Assembly: GCF_006345805.1 (NCBI RefSeq)
Contig: NC_043010.1
Coordinates: 18,538,001-18,602,000, forward strand
Direction: 5' to 3'
DNA length: 64,000 bases
Origin: Octopus sinensis
Lineage: Eukaryota
Positions within the stretch are counted from its first letter, which is position 1; the number at the start of each line of letters is the position of its first letter. Shown here piece by piece: positions 38,908 to 52,059 of this stretch. The notes under the pieces are model-generated. The model was not told the DNA's origin. It ran no database searches and saw only the letters and a list, made by a program, of their open reading frames with translations. The position numbers and the translations under genes were made by a program.

Positions 38908-38972
38908 CCACTGGAGACTTATTATAAACATGCATGTTTGAACACACAATACCAACAACAATACTCTGACAG
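38908..38972 (+). CDS. DNAAF9: DNAAF9 exon 12 (PLETYYKHACLNTQYQQQYSD)
   Basis: cttgcag| ... CAG|gtaaag; resembles PFRSYFSHG. Confidence 0.83.
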
Positions 38973-39114
38973 GTAAAGAATCTTCTTCTTCTTCTTCTTC
39001 TTCTTCTTCTTCTTCTTCTTCTTTCTTCTTCTTCTTCTCCTCCTCCTCTTCCTCAACTTTTTCTTTGTGTGTGTGTGTATGTATGTGTGTGTGTGTTTTC
39101 ATACGTATAGATAG

Positions 39115-39182
<68 letters not shown>

Positions 39183-39494
39183 GGTAGTATATCCAAACTT
39201 ACAGGGAAAAATTAGATTTAGGATTAAATCAAATTTCACAGTATAAATATAAATTAAATAAGAGATAAAACCACTATAATTCATATATATATATATATTA
39301 TATATATTATATATATATATATGCACACACCCACACACGCATGGCTATCTCTTGTGCTTACTCTCTGTATGTCATCCTCATCATCATTATCAGCATCATC
39401 CCCACCAAATTAATTTGCTATTGTTAATTCTCATTTTTGTTTTTTGTTTTGTTTCTTTTTGTCATCTGCCAACCCCATCACCCCCCATCACCAG

Positions 39495-39621
39495 CCGGCA
39501 TCAACCTTTTGTCTTCATCGGATCCAATGCAAGCAAGGACCACATATTGAACCCTCAACCTTCCTTGAAGAAAAGTTCACCTCTCAGCTATGACATCACT
39601 GCGAGTTCACCAGTTTTAGTG
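39495..39621 (+). CDS. DNAAF9: DNAAF9 exon 13 (SRHQPFVFIGSNASKDHILNP...SSPVLV)
   Basis: accag| ... GTG|gtaagt; QPFVxxG motif. Confidence 0.87.
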
Positions 39622-39644
39622 GTAAGTCTGAATTGTAACACTCT

Positions 39645-40100
39645 TGTTGTTGTTGTTGTTGTTGTTGTTGTGGTGGTGGTGGTGGTGGTGGTGGTGGTGG
39701 TGGTGGTGGTGGTGGTTTGTTTGCTTGTTTGTTTGTTGAGTGAAGCAGTCTTCGTCCGTAGTGGGAGAAGTCTGAAATGTGGTCCTTTGCTATTCGTAAG
39801 ACCGCAAAAGAGAAAGCAGGTCAACCCCCAACACCGAGAGCATCGACGGATGGATGATTGCGCATCCAGGCTCAGTGGCTGCATAGGAAGTCAGGGACAA
39901 GAAACAGGAAGAAAGAGTGAGAGAAAGTTGGAGCAAAAGAGTACAACAGGGGTTGCCACCACCCCCTGCCAGAGCCTCGTGGAGCTTTAGGTGTTTTCGC
40001 TCAATAAACATACACAATGCCCGGTCTGGGAATCGAAACTGTGATCCTCCGACCGCGAGTCCACAGCCCTAACCATTGGGCCATTGCACCTCCACTGTTG

Positions 40101-40132
<32 letters not shown>

Positions 40133-40549
40133 GGTGGTGGTGGTGGTGGTGGTGGTGGTGGTTTGTTTGCTTGTTTGTTTGTTGAGTGAAGCAGTCTTCG
40201 TCCGTAGTGGGAGAAGTCTGAAATGTGGTCCTTTGCTATTCGTAAGACCGCAAAAGAGAAAGCAGGTCAACCCCCAACACCGAGAGCATCGACGGATGGA
40301 TGATTGCGCATCCAGGCTCAGTGGCTGCATAGGAAGTCAGGGACAAGAAACAGGAAGAAAGAGTGAGAGAAAGTTGGAGCAAAAGAGTACAACAGGGGTT
40401 GCCACCACCCCCTGCCAGAGCCTCGTGGAGCTTTAGGTGTTTTCGCTCAATAAACATACACAATGCCCGGTCTGGGAATCGAAACTGTGATCCTCCGACC
40501 GCGAGTCCACAGCCCTAACCATTGGGCCATTGCACCTCCACTGTTGTTG

Positions 40550-40581
<32 letters not shown>

Positions 40582-41080
40582 GGTGGTGGTGGTGGTGGTG
40601 GTGGTGGTGGTTTGTTTGCTTGTTTGTTTGTTGAGTGAAGCAGTCTTCGTCCATAGTGGGAGAAGTCTGAAATGTGGTCCTTTGCTATTCGTAAGACCGC
40701 AAAAGAGAAAGCAGGTCAACCCCCAACACCGAGAGCATCGACGGATGGATGATTGCACATCCAGGCTCAGTGGCTGCATAGGAAGTCAGGGACAAGAAAC
40801 AGGAAGAAAGAGTGAGAGAAATTTGGAGCAAAAGAGTACAACAGGGGTTGCCACCACCCCCTGCCAGAGCCTCGTGGAGCTTTAGGTGTTTTCGCTCAAT
40901 AAACACACACAACGCCCGGTCTGGGAATCGAAACTGTGATCCTCCGACCGCGAGTCCACAGCCCTAACCATTGGGCCATTGCACCTCCACTGTTATTGTT
41001 GTTGTTGTTGTTGTTGTGTTGTTGTTGGTGGTGGTGGTGGTGGTGGTGGTGGTGGTGGTGGTGGTGGTGGTGGTGGTGAA
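39645..41080 (-). repeat. Head-to-tail trimer of a tRNA-derived SINE separated by (GTT)n(GGT)n
   Basis: Periods of 446 and 449 bp, near-identical units; family members also at 2250-2520, 26482-26785, 43970-44274. Confidence 0.92.
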
Positions 41081-41629
41081 AGGGCAGGGATGGTGATGTG
41101 GAAGTGGACCCTGTTGGTGACTCAACACATACCTCTGTGTCATTAAAAGGTGTTTTGATTCACAATGGCAGCAGATCAAATACTTTTGAACATCTGGCAG
41201 ATGTAATATGCTTGATACTCGACACGGAGTGACACCTGGTGTCCTGCTTCAAAGTGAGCTTCAACATTAAGAAAAGTATGTGATCTGAAGATTTAAAACC
41301 CAAGTTATGTGGCCCCTATTTTTACCACAGTCCTTCACCAAAATCTATAGGGTCTCAAGTATACCCCAACACCTTTCATACCACTGCTTCCCTAAATTGT
41401 GCAGATCACTGAACTCCTCATTTCTACAATCTCATCCCTGCTGCATCCTATTTTACTCAACAATCTTAAATAGATTATGGTGTGGAATGTAAGGTGTAAG
41501 AAGCTGAGTGGATAAAATAGTGGCCCACCAACTCGTTGGTTGAGAGTTCTAATTCATTGCAGATGTTTTGTTAATTTCCAGATCTAAGACATCCAGCTGC
41601 CCACAACAGATGTCAAATTATCTTTGAAA

Positions 41630-42270
41630 TCATCATCATCATCATCATTTAATGTCCGTTGTCCATGCTGGCATGGGTTGGACGGTTTGACTGGGCTGGA
41701 AGGCTGCACCAGACTCCAGTCTGATTTGGTATGGTTTTCTACAGCTGGATGCCTTTCCTACTGCCAACCACTCTAAGAGTGTAATGGGTGCTTTTATGTG
41801 CCACCAGTACAAGTGCCATTTGCATGACATTGGGGGTGATTTTACATGACACCGACACAGGTGCTAATTTGCGTGACACTGGTATCTGCCATGACTGTGA
41901 TTTTGCTTGGCTTGATGGGTCTTCTTCTCAAGCATGACATAATGCCAAAGGTCTCAGTCATTGCCTCTGTGAGGCCCAACACTCAAAGGGAACTCAGCCA
42001 CTTTGTCTCCATGAGGCCCAATATTTGAAAGGAACTTTGTTCAAAAGATGTTCTTTACATGCCACCAGCATGAGTACACTTGGCTTGATGGGTCCTCTCA
42101 AGCACAGCACATCGCCAAAGGTCTCAGTCACCAGTCATTGCTTCTGTGTGACTCAAAGTTCAAAGATCATGCTTCTCCACCTCATCTTATATCTTCCTGG
42201 GTCCATCTCTTCCTCTACAGGTTCCCTCCAGTTAGAGATTGGCACTTCTTTACACAGCTGTCCTCGTCCA
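41630..42270 (-). mobile_element. RTE 3' end (related short copies at 19680-19955, 55957-56285, 60010-60200)
   Basis: Shared ...GGCGTTAGGAAGGGCATCCAGCTGTAGAAA...CCATGC(T/C)AGCATGG...TAAA(C/T)GATGATG tail. Confidence 0.8.
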
Positions 42271-43345
42271 TAATTACTGTTAATTGGTTTCCTATTAATT
42301 ATGCTGTGATATTACGAGTAGTCTGGCAGAATCATTGCCAGACAAAATGCTTTTATCCATAAATCCTGCTGACAATGACTTGACCTTTCATCCTTTCAGG
42401 TTTGATAAAATAAGGTACCAGCTGTGCACTGGGGTCGAAGGTATCAGCTTACCTCCTCCTGCTCTGAAATTGCTGGTCTTGTGCCAAACTTTGAAACCAA
42501 TATTATTGGGTGGGGGACACAATATTTGCTTTGCTTACCACAATTCTAGTTCCACCAGTCTGTGAATGCTGCTAATGAATTCTGTGAGTTTATTGGCACC
42601 ATTTTTATAACATTTGCTCCAATCAAAGGTGCCACTATATTACTCAGGCTACCTGAGTTGGTCTGAATGCCCCCATCCCCACCACTGGAGCTCAGTAACA
42701 ATGTTTGTTGGCTGTACTGGCTGGAGCAGGCACAAACCAAATCCTTTTGGACACAGAAGCACCACTGTTTAGGCAAAAATTCTATACATTTGTTTACCTT
42801 TAATGTCACTATATATCTTGACCCTCCTTGTTGATATCTTCATGCCTGCGTTGGCTGTATTTTCTATAGTTTCAAAGATTCTGTTACAGTTTGGTCTACA
42901 TACCATTATCAAATCCAGGCAAAGCAACCTTCTTCAAGAAGTAAGCCTCAAAGGACATGGCACATCATCAGGTGGACTCCACTATGAATTTCTTTAGGCA
43001 TACCATTCAGAAAACCCCAAGGGCTGCAGTTTTCCCAAAACTGGTCTAATTCATATAAGTTCTTAGTTTTATCAGAAAACGCATATTATTTCATTGAAAT
43101 TCTAATTGCCTTTGATGTCAGAATTTAGCTTATACTGGAAACCATTTTGGTGCTAATGAAATTTTTACTTGTCACCTCCAAGAATTCCAATTTAAGCTGT
43201 TTGATGTTGTTAATGTGTGCTGACTAAATGCAAAATTGTCGATGACCGAGGAATCACTTTTGTTGGTGTTGCGGAAATGAACTTTCCACTTCATCCTACT
43301 ATTTGGTTACCATAACTACAGTTACTATGTCAACTCTCTCCACAG

Positions 43346-43421
43346 GTCTGTCAAGAAGTCTCTGCCAAAGTTCCTCTCCGCTGTTGTCGTACCTATTTCA
43401 TTGATGAATTCCACTTAACAG
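43346..43421 (+). CDS. DNAAF9: DNAAF9 exon 14 (VCQEVSAKVPLRCCRTYFIDEFHLT)
   Basis: ccacag| ... CAG|gtatat; matches VAQCVSPKGPLACSRTYF. Confidence 0.9.
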
Positions 43422-44273
43422 GTATATACAATGTGGTTGTGTGTCTGGATGTCTGTCTGTTTGGATGTCTGTCTGTCTCTACGAATGTGTGTGTATGTGT
43501 GTGCACACGTTTTTAAGTTAATCTCAGATCAATTCTGGTCAAACAGGCAACCAATCAAACAACTCTATGTTCCTCACAAATCTCTTACCCCATGTACACA
43601 CACACACACACACATCAATGTGATTTTTCCTGTAAGCATCCAATGTCATGGCTATATTATTACTCCAATATTCCATTACCAGTTTCAACCAGAGGCTGTG
43701 GTCATGCTGGAGCACCAAGATGGACACATTTTTTTTTTACCCTTTCTTAGTATATCTTCTCTCTTTCATGATGACGAGCTGAAGCCTGAAACATTGATAA
43801 ATTTTTCCCCTTTTGTTCTTTTACACAGATTCTGGATTTCATATATTTTTTCATAAATCAATATGATATTCTTGTGTGTGTAATATATTATGTGAAACAA
43901 GGATTCAAACAAACGGATAAAACCTTGAGTCTTAATGTCCAAAATATATATATACATATATATATCACCATCATCACCGTGACTGACCAGGCTATCAGAT
44001 GTTGCTACACATCGCTGGTCACAATGTGCTTCGCATTGTTTTAGCCTTCAAATGACGCCACCCCGCTGGCTAAGCAAGCAGGCCAACAGAAGAAAGATGA
44101 GAGAAAATTGTGGTGAAAGAGTACAGCAGGGATTGCCACCACCCCCTGCTGGAGCCTCGTGGAGCTTTAGGTTTTTTTCGCTCAGTAAACACTCATAACG
44201 CCCGGTCTGGGGATCGAAACCGCAACCCTAGAACTGTGAGTCTGCTGCCCTAACCACTGGGACAGTGCACCTC

Positions 44274-44330
<57 letters not shown>

Positions 44331-44604
44331 ACATATATATTCATGTATGCTTATATAAAAAAAGAGAAGGCAGAGGTGATAAACAATCAAGTATAAATAT
44401 ATATTTTTTAATAGAGCAAACTTACTCATGGCAATAATTATTATCAACATACGTAATATATCCATACATTCTTGCTGTGTGTATACTGCATATGATGACT
44501 GTATCATGGTTGATGTCTGTGCGATATCTCTTTCTAAATGTTTGTGTGTGTGTGTGTGCGTTATACACTTGTAACCTTTTGGCATTATCTCCAATCTCTT
44601 GCAG

Positions 44605-44641
44605 ATAATTCAGAGTCAGATGATGCTAAGAACAAATTCAG
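44605..44641 (+). CDS. DNAAF9: DNAAF9 exon 15 (DNSESDDAKNKF)
   Basis: cttgcag| ... CAG|gtttga; phase 1/2 required between exons 14 and 16. Confidence 0.72.
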
Positions 44642-45214
44642 GTTTGATAACCTTTCATTTCTGTTTCGTTATCTCTTCATCCGTTGGATTAACAGAATCA
44701 GACGAGCATCCAAATGTCTTGTGCTGTTTAGATACACCTCTTTGCATTCATCATCATCATCATCATCACTGTCGTTGTTGTGGTCATCATCATTGTCATC
44801 CCTCATCATTTAACGTCCATGGTCCAATCTGGCATGGGTTGGACATTTTGGCAGAACCAGGAGAACAAAAGAACTGCATCAAGCTGTAATGTCTGCTTTG
44901 GCATGCTCTCTACCGTTAAATGTCCTTCCTAATGCCGGCCACTTTACAGCATGGAGTCAGGACCTTTTTTTTTTTTTTCACCACCTACACTATTGAGGTC
45001 ACTTCAAATCTTGTCAGGGGCAATTTTGCCTTTCACTATTCCCTTAAGGTTGATAAACAAAGTCCCTGTGAAATATGGGGGGTCAATCTATTTGCTGACT
45101 CATCCCCCAAATGTCTGAATTTTGTGACTCTGTTACAAAACTCTGTGTACTCATACAGTTCAATATTTAAGAGAATGAGGAATTATGTACATTATTTACA
45201 TTGCTCTAATTGCT

Positions 45215-46556
45215 GAGTCACTATCAGAACTGGAGGAGAAGTTTCAGGTGTGGAAGCAAGGATTAGAATTGAAGGGCCTTAGAGTCAACCTAGCTAAAAC
45301 CAAAGTCCTAATAAGTAGGAAGATAAACAAATCACAAACGCCTTCAGGTAGATAGCCCTGCTCGATCTGTTGAAAAGGCGTAGGTAGAAACTCTATAAGA
45401 TGCACCAAGTGTAAGCTATGGACACATAAGAGGTGCAGCAATGTCAAAGGAAGGCTAACTGAGAAGATAGTTTTTGTATGTGGCAGATGCTCAGGAGCAA
45501 TAAACACTGAAAATGCGCAGAGACCATCTTCCGCCACATTCCAGGGAGAAAAACTAGAAATAGTTGATAGCTTCTGTTACCTAGGTGACCAAGTCAGTAG
45601 CGGGGGTGGGTGTGCTGAAAGTGTAACTGCTAGAGTAAGAATAGCCTGGGCAAAGTTCAGAGAGCTCTTACCTCTGCTGGTGACAAAAGGCCTCTCGCTC
45701 AGAGTAAAAGGCAGACTGTATGACGCATGTGTACGAACAGCCATGCTACATGGCAGTGAAACATGGGCCGTGACTGCTGAGGATATGCGTAAGCTCGCAA
45801 GAAATGAAGCCAGTATGCTCCAATGGATGTGTAATGTCAGTGTTCATACACGACAGAGTGAAAGTACCTTGAGAGAAAAGTTGGTCCTAAGAAGCATCAG
45901 TTGTGGTGTGCAAGAGAGACGTTTGCGCTGGTATGGTCATGTGGCGAGAATGGATGAAGATAGTTGTGTGAAAAAGTGCCATACCCTAGTGGTTGAGGGA
46001 ACCTGTGGAAGAGGTAGACCCAGGAAAACCTGGGACATGGTGGTGAAGCACGACCTTCGAACTTTAGGTCTCACCGAGGAAATGACTAGAGACCGAGACC
46101 TTTGGAAGTATGCTGTGCGTGAGAAGACCCAGCAGGACAAGTGAGGCCATAACCCGTGGCCTCTACCTGGGATGTAGCAAGTCCACTTATGCATACCTTT
46201 CTTCTTGGGACACAAAACTCTACTTGTGAAGACCTGTTGAGGCAAGTGAAAATCGAAATCGAAATCGAAATCGATCAACATCAATGGAATTTGTAGCTGT
46301 GATACCAGTGCCGGTGGCACGTAAGAGAACCATCCGAACATGGCCGTTTGCCAGCCTTGTCTGGCACCTGTGCCAGTGGCACGTAAAAAGCATCCACTAC
46401 ACTCACGGAGTGGTTGGCGTTAGGAAGGGCATCCAGCTGTAGAAACTCTGCCAGATCAGACTGGGCCTGGTGCAGCCTTCTGGCTTCCCAGACCCCAGTT
46501 GAACCGTCCAACCCATGCTAGCATGGAAAGCGGATGTTAAACGATGATGATGATGA
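45215..46556 (+). mobile_element. RTE-type LINE 3' fragment (Cys-rich insert, thumb region, 3' UTR)
   Basis: GLRVNLAKTK, CxxC motifs, YLGDQV, HGSETW, LRWYGHV, GRGRPRKTW; tail TAAACGATGATG. Confidence 0.88.
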
Positions 46557-46704
46557 TTTACATTATTTACATTCGATGGATATTTGTCCTCATCTTGTTT
46601 GTTGTTAACACAACATTTCGGCTGATATACCCTCCAGCCTTCATCAAGTGTCTTGTGGAAATTTCGAACCTGGGTTCTCATTCCTAAGGTAGTTTTTGAA
46701 GTTG

Positions 46705-46740
<36 letters not shown>

Positions 46741-46894
46741 TTACTGCCTGGAATCAAACTCGGAATCTTGGGGTTAGTAGTCCGCACTCATAACCACTAC
46801 AGGCATGTGGCATAGTGGTTAAGAGCGTGTGCTACTAACCTCAAGACTTCGAATTCGATTCTAGGCAGTGACCTGAATAATAATAATAATAATT

Positions 46895-46926
<32 letters not shown>

Positions 46927-46949
46927 GATAATAATAATAACATCAAAAA
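46557..46949. mobile_element. Second inverted (head-to-head) pair of the same element
   Basis: Minus-strand unit 46800->46557 abuts a forward tRNA head from 46802 that is truncated by a MITE. Confidence 0.72.
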
Positions 46950-47350
46950 ACGGCAGTTTTTTCTAGTGGTGTCATATGAAATTGTCACCCATAATTATGA
47001 CCCTTGTATCAATCTATTGCATTTCAATCTATTTTAAGATTAGGGTTAGGGGTGGGGGGAAGGGTATCTTTTTTTTTTTTCACAAATGTAAATAAACCCA
47101 ATCTGTTTCTTAAACGAGGGACATATTCATACGGCACAGAATGCTTTTTACCTCAATAGACGTCATTGATTGGTTGAAAATGCAGAAATTGAAGGAAAAA
47201 TCAACAAATTTCTTACAAACTATAGAATTTTCTCAATAAAGCCAAGAGAAAAATATGTTTTATAAACACATTCTACCAGTATACAAAGTTAAAAAATTTA
47301 TAATTACCTAGAAATTATGTTAAAAACTGCCGTTCAAACCGAAAAGATCC
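46949..47350. mobile_element. Merlin-like MITE copy 2 (one TIR truncated)
   Basis: Same family as 13318-13749, opposite orientation. Confidence 0.75.
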
Positions 47351-48323
47351 GCATGGAGTGCTGAGCACATTTTATGAAAATCAGACGACCATGCACACAT
47401 AAAAAAGAAACAAAAGAAATAGTTAAAATATCTTCTTAGTGTACAACGGTGGCAAGTTTTACATCATCGGAAAAGTCATAGTATTAGAAAAGTATTAGTC
47501 CTCTTGCATTCTGGGTGGTATCGGAGTGTTTGAGTGACATTAGACCCCCAACAAATGCCCATAAATTAAATGCATTTACCTGGGCCACGATCGTGGCCTG
47601 TCGGTCTATGCCTGAAGGCCACGATCGTGACCCCCAATCCTGCTTAATGCGTCAACGTCTCTCAAACCAATCGGTTTTTGTTGGTTTCCGTTTAAAATCC
47701 CAATCCAGGGGAAATAACTCTTCCTTCCTTCTCGGTTTTAATTTTTCAAAATCTCCCGAATTTTTTCGCTAAGATTTTGTTCCACCGTTTTGTTACCATT
47801 GAGTCGACCTGGAATGTATGTATATCCAGTACTAAAGGTGCTATCCAGTTCTAGTCAGCATGTCTGAAGAGACATCGACTGCGCCTAATGACAATATTCG
47901 ATACAAAACCAACATCGATATTTTGTCCAAGTTATAAAAATTATTTATAATTTAACAATACATAAAAAGATTTACTCATTCTGTTACTTATATCAAATGT
48001 GCTTTTGTTTCTGACTTATGGATTACTAACTATGTGAGGTATACTAGCCATCTCAATCTGTGCCCTTATGGTATTTGCAAAGGGAGGGATGACCTCCCTT
48101 TTCAAATAACATAAGGGCACAGATGACCTCCCTTTGCAAATACCATAGGGACACAGAAATTGTGCCTAAAGCCAGCTTGGAGACGATGTTCTCCTGGGGC
48201 TACAAGCTATAGTAACACCCACCCTTAGTGGTTAGCCATATTGAGATGGCTAGTATACCTCACATTGTCGTGCAGTTACTGTTTACACCTCGTTCAGAGA
48301 TTTATTATTGGATTACTAACTTG

Positions 48324-48355
<32 letters not shown>

Positions 48356-48878
48356 TAACTTATAAAATAAGGGCAAAAGAAAAAAATTCTAATGCCAAAT
48401 ATGCCGAAAATAGACATGTATTTTTGGCATATTTGGCATTAGAATTTTTTCTTTTGCCCTTATTTTATAAGTTATTTATAAATTTAACCTTTAAAGGTAT
48501 TTTTTAATATGCTGGCCATTGATAAAATTTTTTTCGAAAAATTTTATCCTATATTAGATATATATATATATAATATATATATATATATATGAGTGAACGA
48601 GGCGATTGGCGATTAAAAGAAAAGCAAGCAAATATTTCTTAGCTTAGTTATGCATATCGCAAAACAACAGTGAATCAAACGGTGTGAAGGTCTAAGAAAA
48701 AATGTACTAAGGATCCTTTATAAGAACCATAGCCGAAAATGGTCAAGTAAGACAGCCAGTTCGACCACAGGAAATAGAAATAGCAGCAAGTAGTCGTTGT
48801 GAAGAGGGAGCAATGGCCAGTTTACTATCGTTGGGGAGAGAGAAATGGCAGCAGCGAGACATAAGTAGAACAAGAATG

Positions 48879-49294
48879 GGATCTTTTCGGTTTGAACGGC
48901 AGTTTTTTCTAGCGGTGTCATATGAAATTGTTACCCATAATTATGACCCTAGTATCGATCTATTGCATTTCAATCTGCTTTAGGGTTAAGGTTGGGGGTG
49001 GGAGGAAGGGTATCCTTTTTTCTTCACAAATGTAAATAAACCCAATCTGTTTCTTAAACGAGGGACATATTCTTAGGCACAGAATGCTTTTTACCTCAAT
49101 GGACGTCATTGGTTGGTTGAAATTGCAGAAATTGAAGAAAAAAAACAACAAATATCTTACAAGCTATAGAATTTTCTCAATAAAGCCAAGAGAAAAAGAT
49201 GTTTTATAAACACATTCTACGAGTATACGAAGTTTAAAATTTTTTAGTTACCTAGAAATTATGTTAAAAACTGCCGTTCAAACAGAAAAGATCC
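48879..49294. mobile_element. Merlin-like MITE copy 3
   Basis: TIRs begin GG, exact 8-bp TSD CAAGAATG. Confidence 0.8.
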
Positions 49295-49311
49295 CAAGAA
49301 TGCATACAAAT

Positions 49312-50320
49312 CTTAACAATGGCCTCCCTCTTGGATGCAGCACACTTCAACACGCCTCTGTTCAAGTAGCTCAACAATCTCACTAGACCGACTTTGCAAT
49401 GTGCCTACATTGACAGTGCCAACCCTGAGAACTGGGTGAGGGGTGCAAGACGGAAAATGGACAGGAGAGATGGTATTGGGCACCTGAAAAGAAGGTTTCA
49501 GTGATCGTTTGGTGATACAGACATGTCGTATCAGTTGGTCCCTCACTTTAACCTGCCATCATTCAAACATGTTGAAATCGTTTTCTCCGTTGCTAGTGAG
49601 TAGCCTTGTAAATGTACTGATCTCTAATTGTGGAGGAACCTGTGGTGGTGTCAGACCCAGGAAGACATGGGAGGAAGTGGTGAAGCATGATCTTCGAATT
49701 TTGAGCCTCACAGAAGCAATGTCAAGTGACTGAAACCTTTGGCAATATGCTGCGCTTGTGAGGAAGACCCATCAAGCCAAGTGAAATCATAGCCATGGCC
49801 ATTGTTGGTGTCCTGTAACTGGCACCCATGCCGGGGGCACGTAAAGAACACCATTTGAACATTGGGCCTCATGGAGGCAAAGTGACTGAATTCCTTTTAA
49901 GTGCTGGATCTCCTGGAGGCAAAGTGGTTGAGTTCTTTTCAAGCATTGGGCCTCATAGAAGTAAAGTAGCTGAGTTACTTCTGAGTGTTGGGCCTCCCAG
50001 AGGCAAAGTGGCTGAATTCCTTTCAAGCATTGGGCCTCGTGGAGGCAATGACTGAGACCTTTGGCATTATGTCATTCTTGAGAAGAAGACCCATCAAGCC
50101 AAGCAAAATCGCAGTCGTGGCAGGTACTGGTGTCACGCAAATGGCACATAAAAGCACCCATTAAACTCTTGGAGTGGTATCCAGCTGTAGAACACCATGC
50201 CAAATCAGACTGGAGTCTGGTGTAGTCTTCCAGCTTACCAGCCCTGGTCAAACTGGCCAACTCCTGCCAGTATGGACAACAGACATTAAATGATGAAGAT
50301 TGCTGCTGCTGCTGATGATG
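49312..50320. mobile_element. RTE pieces: inverted AP-endonuclease start plus forward 3' end with ~42-bp tandem repeats
   Basis: Minus LRVGTVNVGTL...EIVELLEQRRVEVCCIQE; plus RPRKTWEEVVKHDL; repeats at 49860-50050. Confidence 0.7.
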
Positions 50321-51704
50321 ATATATATATGGCTTTAGGAAGGGTATCCAGTGGTAGAAACCATATCGAAGCAGACAGTAGTACTTCTGACTTGCCAGCT
50401 CCTATTTCTTTACTACCCACAAGGGGCTAAACACAGAGGGGACAAATGGATTAAGTCGATTACATCGACCCCAGTGTGTAACTGGTACTTAATTTATCAA
50501 CCCCGAAAGGATGAAAGGCAAAGTCGACCTCAGCGGAATTTGAACTCAGAACGTAATGGCAGACGAAATACGGCTACGCATTTCGCCCGGCGTGCTAACG
50601 TTTCTGCCAGCTTGCCGCCTCCTTGTCAAACTGTCCAGCCCCTGCGAGTATGGGAAACAGGTGTTAAATGATGATGATGACATTATACCCAGTCCACTTT
50701 GTGAAGTTGTTGACATTAGGAAGAGCATCCAGCTGTAGGAACCAGGTCAGAATAGATCCTGGAGCACAATGCAGTCCTTGGAGCTATCAGATAATATTTA
50801 TAGTTTCAGGAATTAAGCAGAAGCACACCAAAGCATTGACAAGATCTTTCTTCGTCAGTTATCATCCCAAAAAATCATAACAATTTCATGCCTTTAATGA
50901 TAATATTGTTCATTTTGGGTGGCATCAACCGCAGAAAGCTGCTGGGAATAATGAGCAAACATGGAGGACAATATATATATATACAAATTTTTTGTGTAAT
51001 GAGATAAAAAACCAAGGCTGTATAGATATTAGAGCATTTATAGATAGAAGGTCTTACAGCTGTTTCTAGGATATTAATTAATAATAATATCCCTTCATCG
51101 GAGACGGTGTGAGAGGAAAAATTAAGTCATAGTTGAACCCTTTATTCGCAATATTACCGAATGTGGAAATTAACTATGGTCTGTCTATAGCACTTATTCA
51201 GCATTACCTGACACCTTTGGGTCTCAATGACACCATTACCTCTTATATATATATATATATGTGAATCACGGATAGAAAACCCTCAGCAAACCAAGTCTGC
51301 TCTACAACTTGAGTTGTTGGTATCTCAGTGTGTTCATGATGTAGGAAAATGAATGTTTGTCACCTATTCTTACATTTAAACCCACTCGAAGAAGAGTTGG
51401 TCATCACTCGCTGAGGGATTCATCTCATATGAAAGATCAAAATGTAAACACTGTGTGTGTGTGCATATATGTAATATGTGTGTACATCTATCTATTTGTC
51501 TGTATGAACTTTTGTGTGTGTGTGTTTGTTTGTTTCCGAATCTCCTCAAGCGATTTGCTCATTCACACACTTTTCATCCCAACACTTGTATTGATAATGA
51601 CATCCAGCTTCGCCCTGAAATATATCTTAATCCTAAAAGATGTCTAAACCTGATATTAACCCCTTAACCTCAGACACCCACGTGCCTCTGCCATTCCATT
51701 GCAG

Positions 51705-51789
51705 ATTAATGCAGATCCTGTATCTGACTCTGGTCGAAGCAGTTCTACAAGCCATCAACGTGTATAAAGAGTCAGCCAGTGTGCAGCAG
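51705..51789 (+). CDS. DNAAF9: DNAAF9 exon 16 (RLMQILYLTLVEAVLQAINVYKESASVQQ)
   Basis: ttgcag| ... CAG|gtgggt; matches RLLSQIYAAVIEAVL. Confidence 0.9.
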
Positions 51790-52059
51790 GTGGGTTCCAT
51801 ATTCTGTGTTTGTGTTTATCTGTTTGTCTGTATATATTTCTTATTAATACTGCCATGTCACTGAAGACTAGGTCTTTGGATTCGTTTATGTCCCACACTT
51901 GGCAATATTAGGTTAATTCTACTTCTTGGCCCTTTATTGGATCTGTAATTAGGGTCTTTTAGAGTTATTATTGCAGAACATCGGTATATTACTCCATTCC
52001 AATTAATTAAATGGCTCTTATTTCTTTAACATCCTGCATGGCAGATAAATTAAATTCTA

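Noticed and set aside
39352-40912. Repeated 75-212 aa ORFs suggesting a tandem gene family
   Set aside because: They are frames through the triplicated SINE; only 39495-39621 is real coding sequence (exon 13).
42550-43300. Complex non-microsatellite stretch that might be a nested gene
   Set aside because: All frames interrupted and no motif recognised; most likely old transposon sequence.
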